Positions 26,416-38,600 of a DNA stretch of 64,000 nucleotides are shown here, in pieces (position 1 is the first letter of the stretch; every line of letters starts with the position of its first letter). Position numbers and translations under genes: made by a program. Below the pieces are notes generated by a model that saw only the letters and a program-made list of their open reading frames with translations, was not told the DNA's origin and ran no database searches. Origin of the DNA: a virus (lineage: Duplodnaviria > Caudoviricetes); IMG/VR virus record IMGVR_UViG_3300042154_002208; one strand, 5' to 3'.

Positions 26416-29400
26416 ACTAATATCGGGTAGAGTAAAAAAGACACCTAGCGCCAATGTAAGCGCTAGTCGTTATGAATTTATACGTCTAGAGGAAACTGAA
26501 CCAGACTTAGGCTTGCCTGCTGCCAATGGGTATGTGTTATCAGCAAATGTAGATGGTAGACGAGCTTGGATTTTACCTACGGCAAATTTATCAGCAATAA
26601 GTATTAATGCGTTAGCGGATGTAGATACTGTAACACTTGCCCCTGGTCTTGGATATGGTTTAATATGGAACGGAACAAATTGGGTTCCCAATGTAATTAC
26701 TGTTTCATCCACCGAATTATCGAATGTAGCCAATACCATATTGGGAATAGTTCAAAGTTCGCTTGTTGCTAATACTGCATTTTTTGCTGCAAATGCTAAT
26801 TTTGCAAATATTGCATTAACTGCTAATGTTGCAAATACTGTTTTAACATTAAGTAATTTTACAACTGCTAATTTAGCAGAAGGTACAAATTTATACTTTA
26901 CCAATGCAAGAGTATTGGCGAATGTTACTCCGCTATTAAATCTTAAAGCAAATGTTACAGATTTAACAACTGCAAATATATCTGAAGTAACAAATCTATA
27001 CTATACAAATGCAAGAGTAGCATCTAATGTTATTGAGTTGTTACCTACATTAGCTGGTGATAACATTTCAATTGCAGCAAATGGTAGAATTTCTGCTAAT
27101 TTATTAAACGTATCTGTTAATAGCGTTACGGGTAATTTAAATGTTACCGGCAATGTAATAGCAAATGGATTTATTTCTGCAAGCGCATCCGCTGGATTAA
27201 TTACATCGAGCGGCAATATTACTATGATTGCCGCTGGCGCAGTCAATATTAATTCTACAAATGTTATTGCAACTGGCAACGTAATTGCTAACAATTTTAT
27301 AGCAACTGGATCAGGCGCAGCAATTCTTTCATCTACAAGTAACATAGTAATTTCCGCATCAGGCGTTGTTACATTGAGCGGTAGTAGCATTGTTGTTAAC
27401 GGTCCTTTAACAGCAAATATTACAACTGCCAATGTTACAGAATTAAACAATCTTTATTACACAAATTCTCGTGTAAGATCTGCATTATCTGGCGGAACAG
27501 GTGTTGCAGTTGATTCAGCATCAGGTATAATTTCAATTGGTCAAAATGTATCCACATCTTCAAATGTTACATTTGGTGGATTAAATGTTACCGGGCCTGT
27601 AAATTTTTACGGTAATGTAACAACTCACAGCTCAAATAATTTGTCCATATCGGACAATATGATTTATTTGAACAATGGTTCACCATCTGCAAATCCGGAT
27701 CTAGGTATTGCATTTAACTATAACGATGGCGTATATCATAATGCCGGTTTCTTTAGAGATGCAACCGACGGAACATTTAAAGTATTTGATAACTACGATC
27801 CTGCACCCGACGCAAACATCTTTATCAATACCGCGCATGCGTCATTTAGATTAGCAAATTTATCGGCTACTACGTTATTTGGTAATGTACAAGGTACAGT
27901 CTCTACATTAAGCAACTTTACTACAAGTAATTTAGCCGAAGGTACTAACAAGTATTTTAGTAATGCTCTTGCAAGAGGATCAATTAGTGCAGGTGATGGT
28001 ACAATTATCTATGATCCAGCAACAGGTACGATTCGTGCAACGGCAAACGTAACTGCAGTAATTGAAAACACGGTTAATAACTTATCAACTGCTGACGTAA
28101 CAGAAGTTGCAAGCAATTTATATCATACAAACGCAAGAGTGTATGCTAATGTTATTGCATTGTTACCTACATATACAGGTAACATTAGTGCTGGTAACGT
28201 AATTGCTAACACAATTATTACTGGTTCAGGAACAGGCGGTTCGTTTACAGGTGCTAATTTAATTAGCACAAATAACATCTCATCTGTAAATTGGCTTGGC
28301 CTATACACAGCAAATGTAATTGAAACCAGTGGTAATTTGTATTTTACAAATGCCAGAGTTGTTTCTGCATTGTCAGCTGGTTCCGGTATTGCAATTAGCG
28401 CAAATGGTCAGATTTCATCTACAACAACCTTAAACGCAAGTTCAGTTGTAGGTTTGAACACAGCTAACGTATCAGAATCAAATAGCAATTTATACTATAC
28501 AAATGCTCGTGTGTTATCAAATGTTACTGCATATCTTGCAGCAAATCCACAAGTTGGCACATTTGGCACAGCCAATGTGGGCGCTTTCCTAACAACGTAT
28601 ACCGGTAATATTAGTGCTGGTAATGTAATTGCAAATAGTTTTATATCTACTGCACCAGGTACAGGTACATTAAACGCCACTGGCGATTTTAATATTGTTT
28701 CCGGCGGCAACATTAGATTAACAGGTAATGTTTTTGCCAATACATTTATATCTACCGCAACAGGCTCTGGATCAATTGCATCAACATCCGACTTTAATAT
28801 TAATGCTGCCGGCAATGTTAATATAACAGCAAGTAACATTAATTTAAATTCTGCCAATATCGTAACAACTGGAAATGTTACTGCGGGAAGAATTTCATCA
28901 ACAACATGGCAAAATTTATATACTGCGAATGTAATTGAAACCAGTGGTAATTTGTATTTTACAAATGCCAGAGTTGTTTCTGCATTGTCCGCGGGTTCTG
29001 GTATATCAATCAGCGGCAACGGGCAAATTTCATCTACAGCAACAGTAAGCGCAAGTTCTGTTACAGGCTTAAATACCGCCAACGTAAATGAATTTGGTAG
29101 TAATTTATATTACACAAACGCAAGAGTATTGTCAAATGTTACCGCTTACCTTGCAGCAAATCCGGTAATTAGTACTTATGGTAATGCCAATGTTGGGGCT
29201 TTCCTAACAACATATACTGGTAACATTAGTGCAGGCAATGTAATTGCTAATGCGATTATTTCGGGAACTGGTTTAGGTGGTTCTATTACTGGTGCTAATT
29301 TAATTAGCGCAAATAATATTTCTGCAAGTGTTATTACTGCAAACACCATTATTGGTGGTGGCTCTGGAGGTTCTGTTACTGGTGCTAATTTGATCAGCAC

Positions 29401-31174
29401 AAATAACATTTCTTCAGTAAATTGGCTTGGCCTATACACAGCCAACGTAATTGAAACCAGTGGTAATTTGTATTTTACAAATGCAAGAGTTCAATCAAAT
29501 GTTATAGGATTCCTACCATCCTTGGCCGGCGACAATATTACAATTGCTGCAAATGGTAGAATTTCTGCTACAGCTAGTGCAACAGTAAATGTTTTAACCA
29601 TTGTTGGGCTGACAACTGCTAACGTAACAGAATCTGCAAGCAATTTATACTATACAAATGCTCGAGTATTATCAAATGTTACGGCATATCTTGCAGCAAA
29701 TCCACAGGGCGGAACATTTGGTAATGCCAATGTAGGTGCATTCCTAACAACGTATACCGGCAATGTTAATGCGGGCAATATTAATGCTAATGCGATTGTT
29801 GCAGGTCAAGGCTTAGGTGGCTCAATTACTGGTGCTAATTTAATTAGTGCAAATAATATTTCTGCTAGTGTTATTTTTGCAAACACTATTGTAGGTGGCG
29901 GAACAGGTGGCTCTATTACAGACGCCAACCTAATTAGCACAAATACCATTACAGCTGTAAACTGGGTTGGTTTATACACATCCAACGTAATTGAAACAAG
30001 TGGTAATTTATATTTTACAAATGCCCGAGTTGTTTCTGCATTGTCCGCAGGTTCAGGCATTTCAATCAGCGGAAATGGTCAGATTTCATCTACAACGACA
30101 TTGAACGCAAGTTCGGTTACAGGCTTAAACACAGCCAACGTAAATGAATTTGGTGGCAATTTATATTACTCAAATGCTCGCGTGGTATCTAATGTTATTG
30201 CGTATCTTGCGGCAAATCCAGTAATTAGCACATATGGTAACGCAAATGTAGGTGCATTCCTAACAACATATACCGGTAACATTAATGCAGGTAACGTAAT
30301 TGCCAATAGTTTTGTTGCCGCAGCAACCGGTACAGGTACATTAACTGCTACAGGTGATTTCAATATTGTTTCTGGCGGAAATATTAGATTAACAGGCAAT
30401 ATTTTTGCAAATACGTTTATATCAACTGCTACTGGTACAGGTTCAATTACCTCTACTTCAGACTTTAACATTAATGCTGCAAGCAATGTTAACATAACTG
30501 CGGCTAATATTAATTTAAATTCTAATAATATTAGAACAACCGGCAATATTACTGCAACAAAATTCTTTGGTGATGGTTCTTCTCTAACGGGAGTGGGTGC
30601 ATCATCATTTACAGGTAATACAAATGGTATTACTGAAGGCACAAATAATCTTTACTACACTAACACCAGAGTTTACTCTAATGTTATTGCATTGTTACCA
30701 ACATTGGCTGGAAACAATATTACAATTGAAGCGAACGGTAGAATTTCAGCCAACGTAAGTGCAACAGTATTCGCAACAGCTATTATCGGCCTAACAACTG
30801 CCAATGTTGCAGAAGTTGGTAGTAACTTATATTTCACAAATGCCCGTGTGGTATCTGCATTGACCGCCGGCGAAGGTATAACTCTTGCAGCAAATGGATT
30901 AATCAGCGGTGGCGTACACGCTATTACAGATAGTCAAACATTTGCAGGTGGTAATGCAAATATAACATTGGGTACTTCTGTATCGTTGGCAAGACGTATC
31001 ATTGTTACCATAGACGGATTGGTTCAGATTCCTACTACGGATTACACAGTATCGGGAACAATATTAACATTGATTCCAACTCCATCACCAAACTCTACAA
31101 TTGAAGTTAAATTCTTTGGTAATGAGGCGATAACAACACAGACGTTTAATCCGTTCTTATTAGCAGGATTGTGA
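26408..31174 (+). CDS. long fibre-like structural protein (1588 aa)
   Basis: NLYYTNARV and TYTGNISAGNVIAN repeats; C-terminal VTIDGLVQIP.TDYTVSG..L module and NPFLLAGL end. Confidence 0.8.
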   Translation: MTKLISGRVKKTPSANVSASRYEFIRLEETEPDLGLPAANGYVLSANVDGRRAWILPTANLSAISINALADVDTVTLAPGLGYGLIWNGTNWVPNVITVSSTELSNVANTILGIVQSSLVANTAFFAANANFANIALTANVANTVLTLSNFTTANLAEGTNLYFTNARVLANVTPLLNLKANVTDLTTANISEVTNLYYTNARVASNVIELLPTLAGDNISIAANGRISANLLNVSVNSVTGNLNVTGNVIANGFISASASAGLITSSGNITMIAAGAVNINSTNVIATGNVIANNFIATGSGAAILSSTSNIVISASGVVTLSGSSIVVNGPLTANITTANVTELNNLYYTNSRVRSALSGGTGVAVDSASGIISIGQNVSTSSNVTFGGLNVTGPVNFYGNVTTHSSNNLSISDNMIYLNNGSPSANPDLGIAFNYNDGVYHNAGFFRDATDGTFKVFDNYDPAPDANIFINTAHASFRLANLSATTLFGNVQGTVSTLSNFTTSNLAEGTNKYFSNALARGSISAGDGTIIYDPATGTIRATANVTAVIENTVNNLSTADVTEVASNLYHTNARVYANVIALLPTYTGNISAGNVIANTIITGSGTGGSFTGANLISTNNISSVNWLGLYTANVIETSGNLYFTNARVVSALSAGSGIAISANGQISSTTTLNASSVVGLNTANVSESNSNLYYTNARVLSNVTAYLAANPQVGTFGTANVGAFLTTYTGNISAGNVIANSFISTAPGTGTLNATGDFNIVSGGNIRLTGNVFANTFISTATGSGSIASTSDFNINAAGNVNITASNINLNSANIVTTGNVTAGRISSTTWQNLYTANVIETSGNLYFTNARVVSALSAGSGISISGNGQISSTATVSASSVTGLNTANVNEFGSNLYYTNARVLSNVTAYLAANPVISTYGNANVGAFLTTYTGNISAGNVIANAIISGTGLGGSITGANLISANNISASVITANTIIGGGSGGSVTGANLISTNNISSVNWLGLYTANVIETSGNLYFTNARVQSNVIGFLPSLAGDNITIAANGRISATASATVNVLTIVGLTTANVTESASNLYYTNARVLSNVTAYLAANPQGGTFGNANVGAFLTTYTGNVNAGNINANAIVAGQGLGGSITGANLISANNISASVIFANTIVGGGTGGSITDANLISTNTITAVNWVGLYTSNVIETSGNLYFTNARVVSALSAGSGISISGNGQISSTTTLNASSVTGLNTANVNEFGGNLYYSNARVVSNVIAYLAANPVISTYGNANVGAFLTTYTGNINAGNVIANSFVAAATGTGTLTATGDFNIVSGGNIRLTGNIFANTFISTATGTGSITSTSDFNINAASNVNITAANINLNSNNIRTTGNITATKFFGDGSSLTGVGASSFTGNTNGITEGTNNLYYTNTRVYSNVIALLPTLAGNNITIEANGRISANVSATVFATAIIGLTTANVAEVGSNLYFTNARVVSALTAGEGITLAANGLISGGVHAITDSQTFAGGNANITLGTSVSLARRIIVTIDGLVQIPTTDYTVSGTILTLIPTPSPNSTIEVKFFGNEAITTQTFNPFLLAGL

Positions 31175-31184
31175 GAATAAAAAT

Positions 31185-31514
31185 ATGGCTTTACAATTTA
31201 AAGTTCTTGGTCAATCAAATCCAGCAGGGAATACAAATACCACATTGTATTCGGTTCCCTCTGATACCAGTGCAGTAATATCCACTCTAAATGTTTGTAA
31301 CTATTCAACATCGTCTGCAACGTTTAGTATTGCCATAAGACCATCGGGCGAGGCATTAGCTTCCAAACATTATTTCTCATTTAATACTTCACTTGCCGGA
31401 AATGAATCATTGGGCATTACTGCTGGTATAACTTTAGCTGAAACGGATGTGGTAACAGTTTCTGCAAATACATCCAATGTTAGTTTCAGCGTATTTGGAT
31501 CAGAGAATAAGTAA
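31185..31514 (+). CDS. ~110-aa fibre-associated protein (paralog 2)
   Basis: FKVLGQSNP...LYSVP...VISTLNVCN...GITLAETDVVTV. Confidence 0.75.
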   Translation: MALQFKVLGQSNPAGNTNTTLYSVPSDTSAVISTLNVCNYSTSSATFSIAIRPSGEALASKHYFSFNTSLAGNESLGITAGITLAETDVVTVSANTSNVSFSVFGSENK

Positions 31515-31523
31515 TATAAAAAC

Positions 31524-32663
31524 ATGATCACATTTCAAAATCTAACATTTGGTGGAACATTTTCATACGAGACACCTGATTTGCCCCCGCCTAGCTCTTA
31601 TCTTTGGGCTTGGGGGGCTACATCGGGCGCCGCAATTGGAGTTGGTGATACTATAACTAGATCTAGTCCAGTACAGGTTGGATCATTGGGCACATGGTCA
31701 AAAATACGCGCAAGTGGCGTAAGCCAGTCCTTTGCAATTAAAACAGATGGCACAATGTGGGCGTGGGGATCGAATTCGTACGGTAGTTTGGGATTAGGCG
31801 ATGCTACGGTTAGATCTAGTCCAGTACAAATTGGTGCATTAACAACATGGGCAACTGTTGATGGTGCCAGCGGGTTTGCATTTGCCGGCGCTATTAAAAC
31901 CGATGGCACTTTATGGACCTGGGGATATAACGCATATAGCGCAGGCCAATTGGGATTGGGCAATACTACAAATTATTCTAGCCCAAAACAAGTTGGCGCT
32001 TTAACCAACTGGTTAAACATATCTGCTTCTTCTTACGGATGTATGGCAATTAAAACAGATGGTACATTATGGGGATGGGGCCATAATTCTTATGGTAGAT
32101 TGGGGCTAGGTGATACTACAGCTAGAAATAGTCCGGTACAAGTAGGTGCGGGAACTACTTGGGCAACCGTAACTGCAAAGGCTGCGACGGCGGCGGCAAT
32201 TAAAACTGATGGTACTCTATGGACCTGGGGATACGGAAATAATGGGCAATTGGGTTTAGGTACTACTACAGCTAGATCTAGTCCAGTACAAGTCGGTTCT
32301 TTAACCAATTGGTCAGTGATTCACATTTTAACAAATGGCACTATGCTTGCGGTTAAAACAGATGGAACTTTGTGGGGTTGGGGCAATAGCGGCAATGGTC
32401 AACTGGGTTTAGGTGCCGCCCCTGTGTATTATTCAAGTCCGAAGCAAATAGGTGCGCTAACAACATGGAGAAACGTTAGTGGCGCGGCCGCTAATAGTTC
32501 TGCAATTAAAACCGATGGTACTGTATGGACCTGGGGAAATAATGCTCAAGGACAACTTGGCCTAAATAATAAGACAAGTTATTCAAGTCCAAAACAAGTT
32601 GGCGCATTAACTACTTGGACAGCCATTAGTAGTGCGAGTCACACATTATTAATTTCAAGTTAA
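31524..32663 (+). CDS. RCC1/BLIP-II-like 7-bladed beta-propeller, copy 1
   Basis: 7 x (AIKTDGTLWxWGxNxxGxLGLG...SSPxQVG) after a short N-terminal peptide and PPP. Confidence 0.9.
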   Translation: MITFQNLTFGGTFSYETPDLPPPSSYLWAWGATSGAAIGVGDTITRSSPVQVGSLGTWSKIRASGVSQSFAIKTDGTMWAWGSNSYGSLGLGDATVRSSPVQIGALTTWATVDGASGFAFAGAIKTDGTLWTWGYNAYSAGQLGLGNTTNYSSPKQVGALTNWLNISASSYGCMAIKTDGTLWGWGHNSYGRLGLGDTTARNSPVQVGAGTTWATVTAKAATAAAIKTDGTLWTWGYGNNGQLGLGTTTARSSPVQVGSLTNWSVIHILTNGTMLAVKTDGTLWGWGNSGNGQLGLGAAPVYYSSPKQIGALTTWRNVSGAAANSSAIKTDGTVWTWGNNAQGQLGLNNKTSYSSPKQVGALTTWTAISSASHTLLISS

Positions 32664-32670
32664 AACAAAA

Positions 32671-33786
32671 ATGGCAATTACATTCAATGGTATCTCAATC
32701 GGATCAGGGGTAGCCCTAACAATTACTCCGCCTCCTCCCCCTCCTCCTCCGCAATACTTGTGGGCATGGGGAAGTGGTGCAGATGGCAGGTTAGGCCTTG
32801 GCAGCACTACAAACAGATCTAGTCCGGTACAGGTTGGTGATCTAACCACTTGGTCAAGTGTTGCTGCTCACGAAAAGCACAGCCTGGCAATCAAAACAGA
32901 TGGCACGCTATGGGCATGGGGCCGCAATGGCACTGGCGAATTAGGCGATAATACTGGTGTAAATAAATCTAGTCCAGTACAGATTGGCGCATTAACCACC
33001 TGGTTAAATATTGCTGCGGGCAGATACACCAGCTTTGCAATTAAAACCGATGGTACATTGTGGGCCTGGGGCTACAATGCTTATGGCCGATTGGGCCTGG
33101 GCAACCTCACCTATAGATACAGTCCAGTACAAGTAGGAGGCGATTCCAATTGGTCAAGTGTTGCTAGTGGCGTCAATCACACTCATGCAATTAAAACTAC
33201 TGGTACATTATGGGCCTGGGGATACAATGGATATGGCACACTGGGTAATAATAGCAACACTTCGCTAAGCAATCCAGTACAAATTGGCGCATTAACCAAT
33301 TGGTCAAAGATTTCCGTTGCCTTTGTTCACACCCTAGCCGTCAAAACAGATGGCACGCTATGGGCATGGGGCCGCAATACAATTTATGGCACTGACTATG
33401 GCATATTAGGGTTAGGTGACACCAGCGCACCAAACAGTCCAGTACAAGTTGGTGCATTGACAACTTGGTCAAGTGTCAGTGCTGGTTTCTACCACAGCCT
33501 AGCCGTCAAAACAGATGGTACATTATGGTCTTGGGGCGGTAATAGTGGTCTATTGGGGCTCGGTGATACCTCACATAGATCTAGTCCAACTCAAGTTAGC
33601 GCAGGAACTACTTGGTCAAAAATTGATGCAGCTGACAATGCTAGTCTGGCTATAAAAACTGATGGCACATTGTGGGGTACTCTTGGAGCAGTTACACCTA
33701 CTTCAAACAGTCTAGTACAAATTGGGTCGTCAACCAATTGGTCAAATATTGCTGGCGGCAGTTCACACTACCTGGCAATTGGTTAA
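32671..33786 (+). CDS. RCC1/BLIP-II-like propeller, copy 2
   Basis: Same repeat; long poly-Pro linker. Confidence 0.9.
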   Translation: MAITFNGISIGSGVALTITPPPPPPPPQYLWAWGSGADGRLGLGSTTNRSSPVQVGDLTTWSSVAAHEKHSLAIKTDGTLWAWGRNGTGELGDNTGVNKSSPVQIGALTTWLNIAAGRYTSFAIKTDGTLWAWGYNAYGRLGLGNLTYRYSPVQVGGDSNWSSVASGVNHTHAIKTTGTLWAWGYNGYGTLGNNSNTSLSNPVQIGALTNWSKISVAFVHTLAVKTDGTLWAWGRNTIYGTDYGILGLGDTSAPNSPVQVGALTTWSSVSAGFYHSLAVKTDGTLWSWGGNSGLLGLGDTSHRSSPTQVSAGTTWSKIDAADNASLAIKTDGTLWGTLGAVTPTSNSLVQIGSSTNWSNIAGGSSHYLAIG

Positions 33787-33825
33787 ATTATCTGATAAAT
33801 AACAGTTTAAATAGGAGTTTTTAAA

Positions 33826-34179
33826 ATGAGTCATTTCGCAAAAGTAGAAGACGGCATCGTAACACAAGTTATCGTTGTGGAACAAGATGTAATTGATACT
33901 GGTTTGTTTGGTGATCCCGCAAGCTGGGTACAAACAAGCTATAACACGCATGCAGGTGTTCACATCAATGGTGGTACTCCATTACGCAAAAATTATGCAG
34001 GTATTGGATACACATATGACGCCACACGAGATGCTTTTATTCCACCTAAGTTTTTTCAATCATGGGTATTGGATGAAGCCACTTGCAATTGGAAACCACC
34101 TGTGGAAAGACCAACTGATGGCAAAGATTATGACTGGCACGAAGAAGTTCAAAATTGGGTAGAAGTTTCATTAACGTAA
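33826..34179 (+). CDS. conserved tail-fibre-associated protein
   Basis: MSHFAKV..GIVTQVIV...WVQTSYN...LRKNYAGIGYTYD..RDAFIPP..F.SW.LDE; GATAAATA box upstream. Confidence 0.7.
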   Translation: MSHFAKVEDGIVTQVIVVEQDVIDTGLFGDPASWVQTSYNTHAGVHINGGTPLRKNYAGIGYTYDATRDAFIPPKFFQSWVLDEATCNWKPPVERPTDGKDYDWHEEVQNWVEVSLT

Positions 34180-34191
34180 AACGAGACAAAA

Positions 34192-34521
34192 ATGGCGATA
34201 ACATATAAAGTATTGGGACAGATCAGTCCTTCAGCAGGTACAGCAAATACACTGTATACTGTTCCGTCGGGCACAAGCGCAGTCACTTCTACAATATCAG
34301 TTTGTAATCAAAATGCCAGTGCAGCAGCATATCGCATTGCAGTAAGACCTGCAGGTGAAACGCTGGCAAACAAACATTATATTGCCTTTGATGCAACCGT
34401 TCCTGCTTTGGATTCAATATCGCTAACAATCGGTGTAACATTGGCTGCCACAGACGTGGTAACAGTATATGCAAATACCACAAATATTAGTTTTAATCTG
34501 TTCGGCACTGAGGTTACCTAA
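34192..34521 (+). CDS. ~110-aa fibre-associated protein (paralog 3)
   Basis: YKVLGQISP...LYTVP...VTSTISVCN...GVTLAATDVVTV; clearly similar to 31185. Confidence 0.75.
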   Translation: MAITYKVLGQISPSAGTANTLYTVPSGTSAVTSTISVCNQNASAAAYRIAVRPAGETLANKHYIAFDATVPALDSISLTIGVTLAATDVVTVYANTTNISFNLFGTEVT

Positions 34522-35552
34522 TGACCTTACGGAAGTATAGTGCTGCAAAAGTTAGTACTACACAAAAGTTTTCTGCATCTGCGAACAATTTTCGTGCCGT
34601 TGCAAGAAAAAAAGTCAGTGTTAATATATTAGTTGCTGGGGAAGTTCCTCGCGCACCGTCTACTGTAGAATACTTAGTTGTTGCTGGGGGCGGTGGCGGG
34701 GGTTATAACGGAGCGGGCGGTGCGGGTGGATATAGAACTGCTACGGGATTTTCAGTTACGCCTGGAGCAAATATCGCAGTTACTGTTGGCGCAGGCGGTA
34801 GTGGAAGCTCTGCGGCTAGCGCGTCGAATGGGGGTTCTGGTTCTAATTCTGTATTTGGAAGCATTACTTCAACCGGCGGTGGCCGCGGTAATGGTGGTGG
34901 CGATTTAGGCCCAGGGGGCTCAGGTGGTTCGGGTGGCGGTAACAGCTATGGTGCATCAAGAAATGTTGCCTCTACCGGAGGTAGTGGAAATACTCCTTCA
35001 ACCTCACCTTCGCAAGGAAATAACGGGGGAGGTGGATTAAATGGTGCTACCAATGGTGCCGGTGGAGGCGGTGGCGGATCTAGTGCTGTTGGTGGAACCG
35101 CAGGTCCAGTTTCTAATTCGCCATCCGCCGGAGCAGGAGGAGTAGGAACTTCTAGTTCTATCTCAGGTACCGCCATTTTTTATGCTGGCGGTGGAGGTGG
35201 TGGCGCATATGTTGCCTCTAATGCCGCAAATGGTGGTGCCGGCGGTGGAGGTGGCGGCGGATCTCAGTCTGGAACCCAAGGCACAGGTGGCTCAAATGGC
35301 GGCGCTAATGGCACGAGTGGAGAAGGTGGAGCCGGCGGTATTAATTCAGGAGGAGGTGGAGGAGGTGGCCCGTATAACAGTTCCATCTCCGGGGGGTATA
35401 GACCTGGCGGCGCTGGAGGCTCAGGTATCGTAATCATTCGGTATGCCGATACATCAACAGCCGCAACAGCAACAACAGGTTCACCTAACGTAATAGTATC
35501 CGGTGGCTATAGAATATATAAATGGACCAGCTCAGGGTCCATTACGTTTTAA
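34521..35552 (+). CDS. glycine-rich putative adhesin
   Basis: VEYLVVAGGGGGG...GAGGAGGYR...VTVGAGG...YAGGGGGG...GGSGIVIIRY polyglycine pattern. Confidence 0.75.
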   Translation: MTLRKYSAAKVSTTQKFSASANNFRAVARKKVSVNILVAGEVPRAPSTVEYLVVAGGGGGGYNGAGGAGGYRTATGFSVTPGANIAVTVGAGGSGSSAASASNGGSGSNSVFGSITSTGGGRGNGGGDLGPGGSGGSGGGNSYGASRNVASTGGSGNTPSTSPSQGNNGGGGLNGATNGAGGGGGGSSAVGGTAGPVSNSPSAGAGGVGTSSSISGTAIFYAGGGGGGAYVASNAANGGAGGGGGGGSQSGTQGTGGSNGGANGTSGEGGAGGINSGGGGGGGPYNSSISGGYRPGGAGGSGIVIIRYADTSTAATATTGSPNVIVSGGYRIYKWTSSGSITF

Positions 35553-35605
35553 GTAGAATAATCGTTGGCAATAAATATAGTAGATAACAATAAAAAGGTC
35601 AAGAG

Positions 35606-38600
35606 ATGGCTCGCAAAATAGATGTAAGTTTAATCAGTGGAAATGGAGGAAGTAACGGCCAATTGCTGGGTGCCAACACCGGCAATGTTTCCTTCCAAAG
35701 TATATTTACCGGCAATGTTATTGAATCGGGAAACACCAGTTCTGGCAATGTATATTTCAGTAATGCCAGAGCAATCGGCGCTCTTGTTGCTGGCGATAAT
35801 ATCTCTATTGCAGCAAATGGTCTTATTTCAGCAAACCTGTCTGCGGTAAGCGTTTCATCTGTTACTGGTAACTTGAATGTTAGCGGCAATGTAATTGCCA
35901 ATGGTTTCGTTTCCACAAGTGCTTCTGCTGGCTTAATTTCATCCTCTGGCAACATCACCATGACTGCTGCGGGTGCAGTCAATATTAACTCTACAAATGT
36001 TATCGCAAGCGGCAATGTAATTGCCAACACTTTCATATCAACCGGCCCAGGATCGGGATTATTATCATCTACAGGCAACGTATCAATATCCGCAACCGGC
36101 GTCGTTACTTTAACTGGATCAAGTATTGTTGTTAACGGACCTTTAACAGCAAATAGTTATTCGGGAATTTTTACTGCAAACGTAACAGAATCTGCAAGTA
36201 ATCTTTACTTTACCAATGCCAGAGTTTTTGCCAATGTGGTATCATTATTGGCTGCCAAGGCCAATGTTGTAGACTTAACAACTGCCAATGTTGCGGAATT
36301 AAACAATCTATACTATACAAATGCCAGAGTAGCATCCAATGTTATTGCATTGATGCCGTCATTACAGGGCAATAACATTATTATCGCTGCTAATGGTCAA
36401 ATCTCTGCTAATTTGACAGGGGTTTCCGTCAATGTTAATAATATCACAGGCAATCTAAATGTTACTGGCAATGTAATTGCAAATGGATTTATATCGGCAA
36501 GCGCATCTGCTGGGTTGATTACATCTACTGGAAACATTACAATGACTGCCGCAGGTGCAGTCAATATCAATTCTACTAATGTTATTGCATCAGGTAATTT
36601 AATTGCAAATACATTTATATCAGTAGGTACAGGCTCTGCTACATTATCTTCTACGGGCAATGTTGGTATTACGGGTGCGGGTAATATTACATTAAATTCA
36701 GGCAATGTTATTGCATCTGGTAATGTAATCGCAACAAAATTCTTTGGTGATGGTTCTTCTCTAACGGGAGTAGGTGCATCATCATTCTCAGGCAATACAA
36801 ATGGTATTACTGAAGGTACAAACAATCTATTCTATACAAATGCCAGAGTTAATGCTCAAGTTGAATCTAATTTAGCTTTAAAAGCCAATGTAGTTGATTT
36901 AACAACTGCTAATATTAGTGAATTAAACAATTTATATTATACAAATGCCAGAGTAGTATCAAATGTTATTGCATATTTGGCAGCAAATCCTGCAATTAGC
37001 ACATACGGTAACGCCAATGTTGGTGCGTTTCTAACAACATACACCGGTAATATTACTGCAGGCAATGTTATTGCCAATACAATTATTTCACCTACAGCAA
37101 TAGCTGCAACAATAACATCAACAGGTAATTTGAATATTACTGCGTTAGGTGCAATTAATTTGACATCTCCGAATGTTATTGCATCGGGCAATATTGTTGC
37201 TAATAACATTATAACAGGCAGTGGTTCCGGTGGTTCGTTTACAGGCGCCAATTTAATTAGTGCGGGTAATATTTCTGCAACAACTTGGTTGAATCTATAC
37301 ACGGCCAACGTAATTGAATCCGACAATAGCATTTTCTATACCAATGCCAGAGTTTTATCGAATATTACTGCTTACCTTGCGGCAAATCCGGTAAGTGGTA
37401 GTTTTAGTAACGCCAATGTTGCATCATTCCTATCAACATACACCGGCAATCTTGCTGCAGGTAATTTAATATTGACAGGTGGAATAATAGATAATGTTGG
37501 TGTATTGACAATTGCAACCACTTCAAATTCCAACATAGAATTATCTGCGGCAGGTAATGGCAGAATTTTATTAGATGGGCAGGCTTGGCCACATACCGAT
37601 GGCATTAATGGTTATGTACTACAAACAAATGGTACAGGCAACTTATTTTGGGGAGCACCAGCATCATCATTTGCCAATGCCAATGTTGGTGCATTTTTAG
37701 CAACATATACTGGCAATATCAGTGCAGGTAATGTAATTGCAAATACAATTCTATCGCCCACTGCAATAGCGGCAACAATAACATCTACTGGCAATTTGAA
37801 TATTACTGCGGCAGGTGCAATTAATTTAACAACAACCAATGTGTTGGTGTCAGGCAATATTGTAGCAAATACATTTATTGCAACCGGCTCAGGCTCTGCA
37901 GAACTTACATCCACAAGCAATATATTATTAAGCGCAGCTGGTAATTTAAACTTAACATCTTCAAATGTATTTGTTAATGGCAATTTGGTATTACAAGGTG
38001 CTCTGTCAGGTTTAACTTTAACAACATCAAGCATTGCTGAAGGTTCAAACTTATATTATACCAATGCAAGAGTAGTATCCAATGTTATTGCATATTTAGC
38101 AGCAAATCCTGCGACTGTTAGTTTTGGCAATGCCAATGTGAGTTCTTTCTTAACAACTTATACTGGCAATCTAAGTGCCGGCAATGTTATTGCCAATAGC
38201 TTTGTTTCTCCAACAGCAACATCTGCCACATTAACATCAACAGGTAATTTGAATATTACTGCGGCCGGAACAATTAATTTAACAACACCAAACGTATTGG
38301 TGTCAGGTAATGTTGTAGCAAATAATTTTATATCGACCGGTGCAGGCTCAGGCGAAGTTGCATCCACAAGTAACTTGTTATTAAGTGCAGCCGGTAATCT
38401 TAACTTAACATCATCGAATGTTTTTGTTAACGGCAATTTAGTACTAAGAGGCGGAATAACTGGATTAACACTAACAACATCAAGCATTGCCGAAGGTTCA
38501 AACTTATATTATACCAATGCTCGAGTATTATCAAATATTGAAGCGGCATTGCCAACATACACTGGTAACATTGCTGCAGGTAACTTAATTTTAACCGGCG

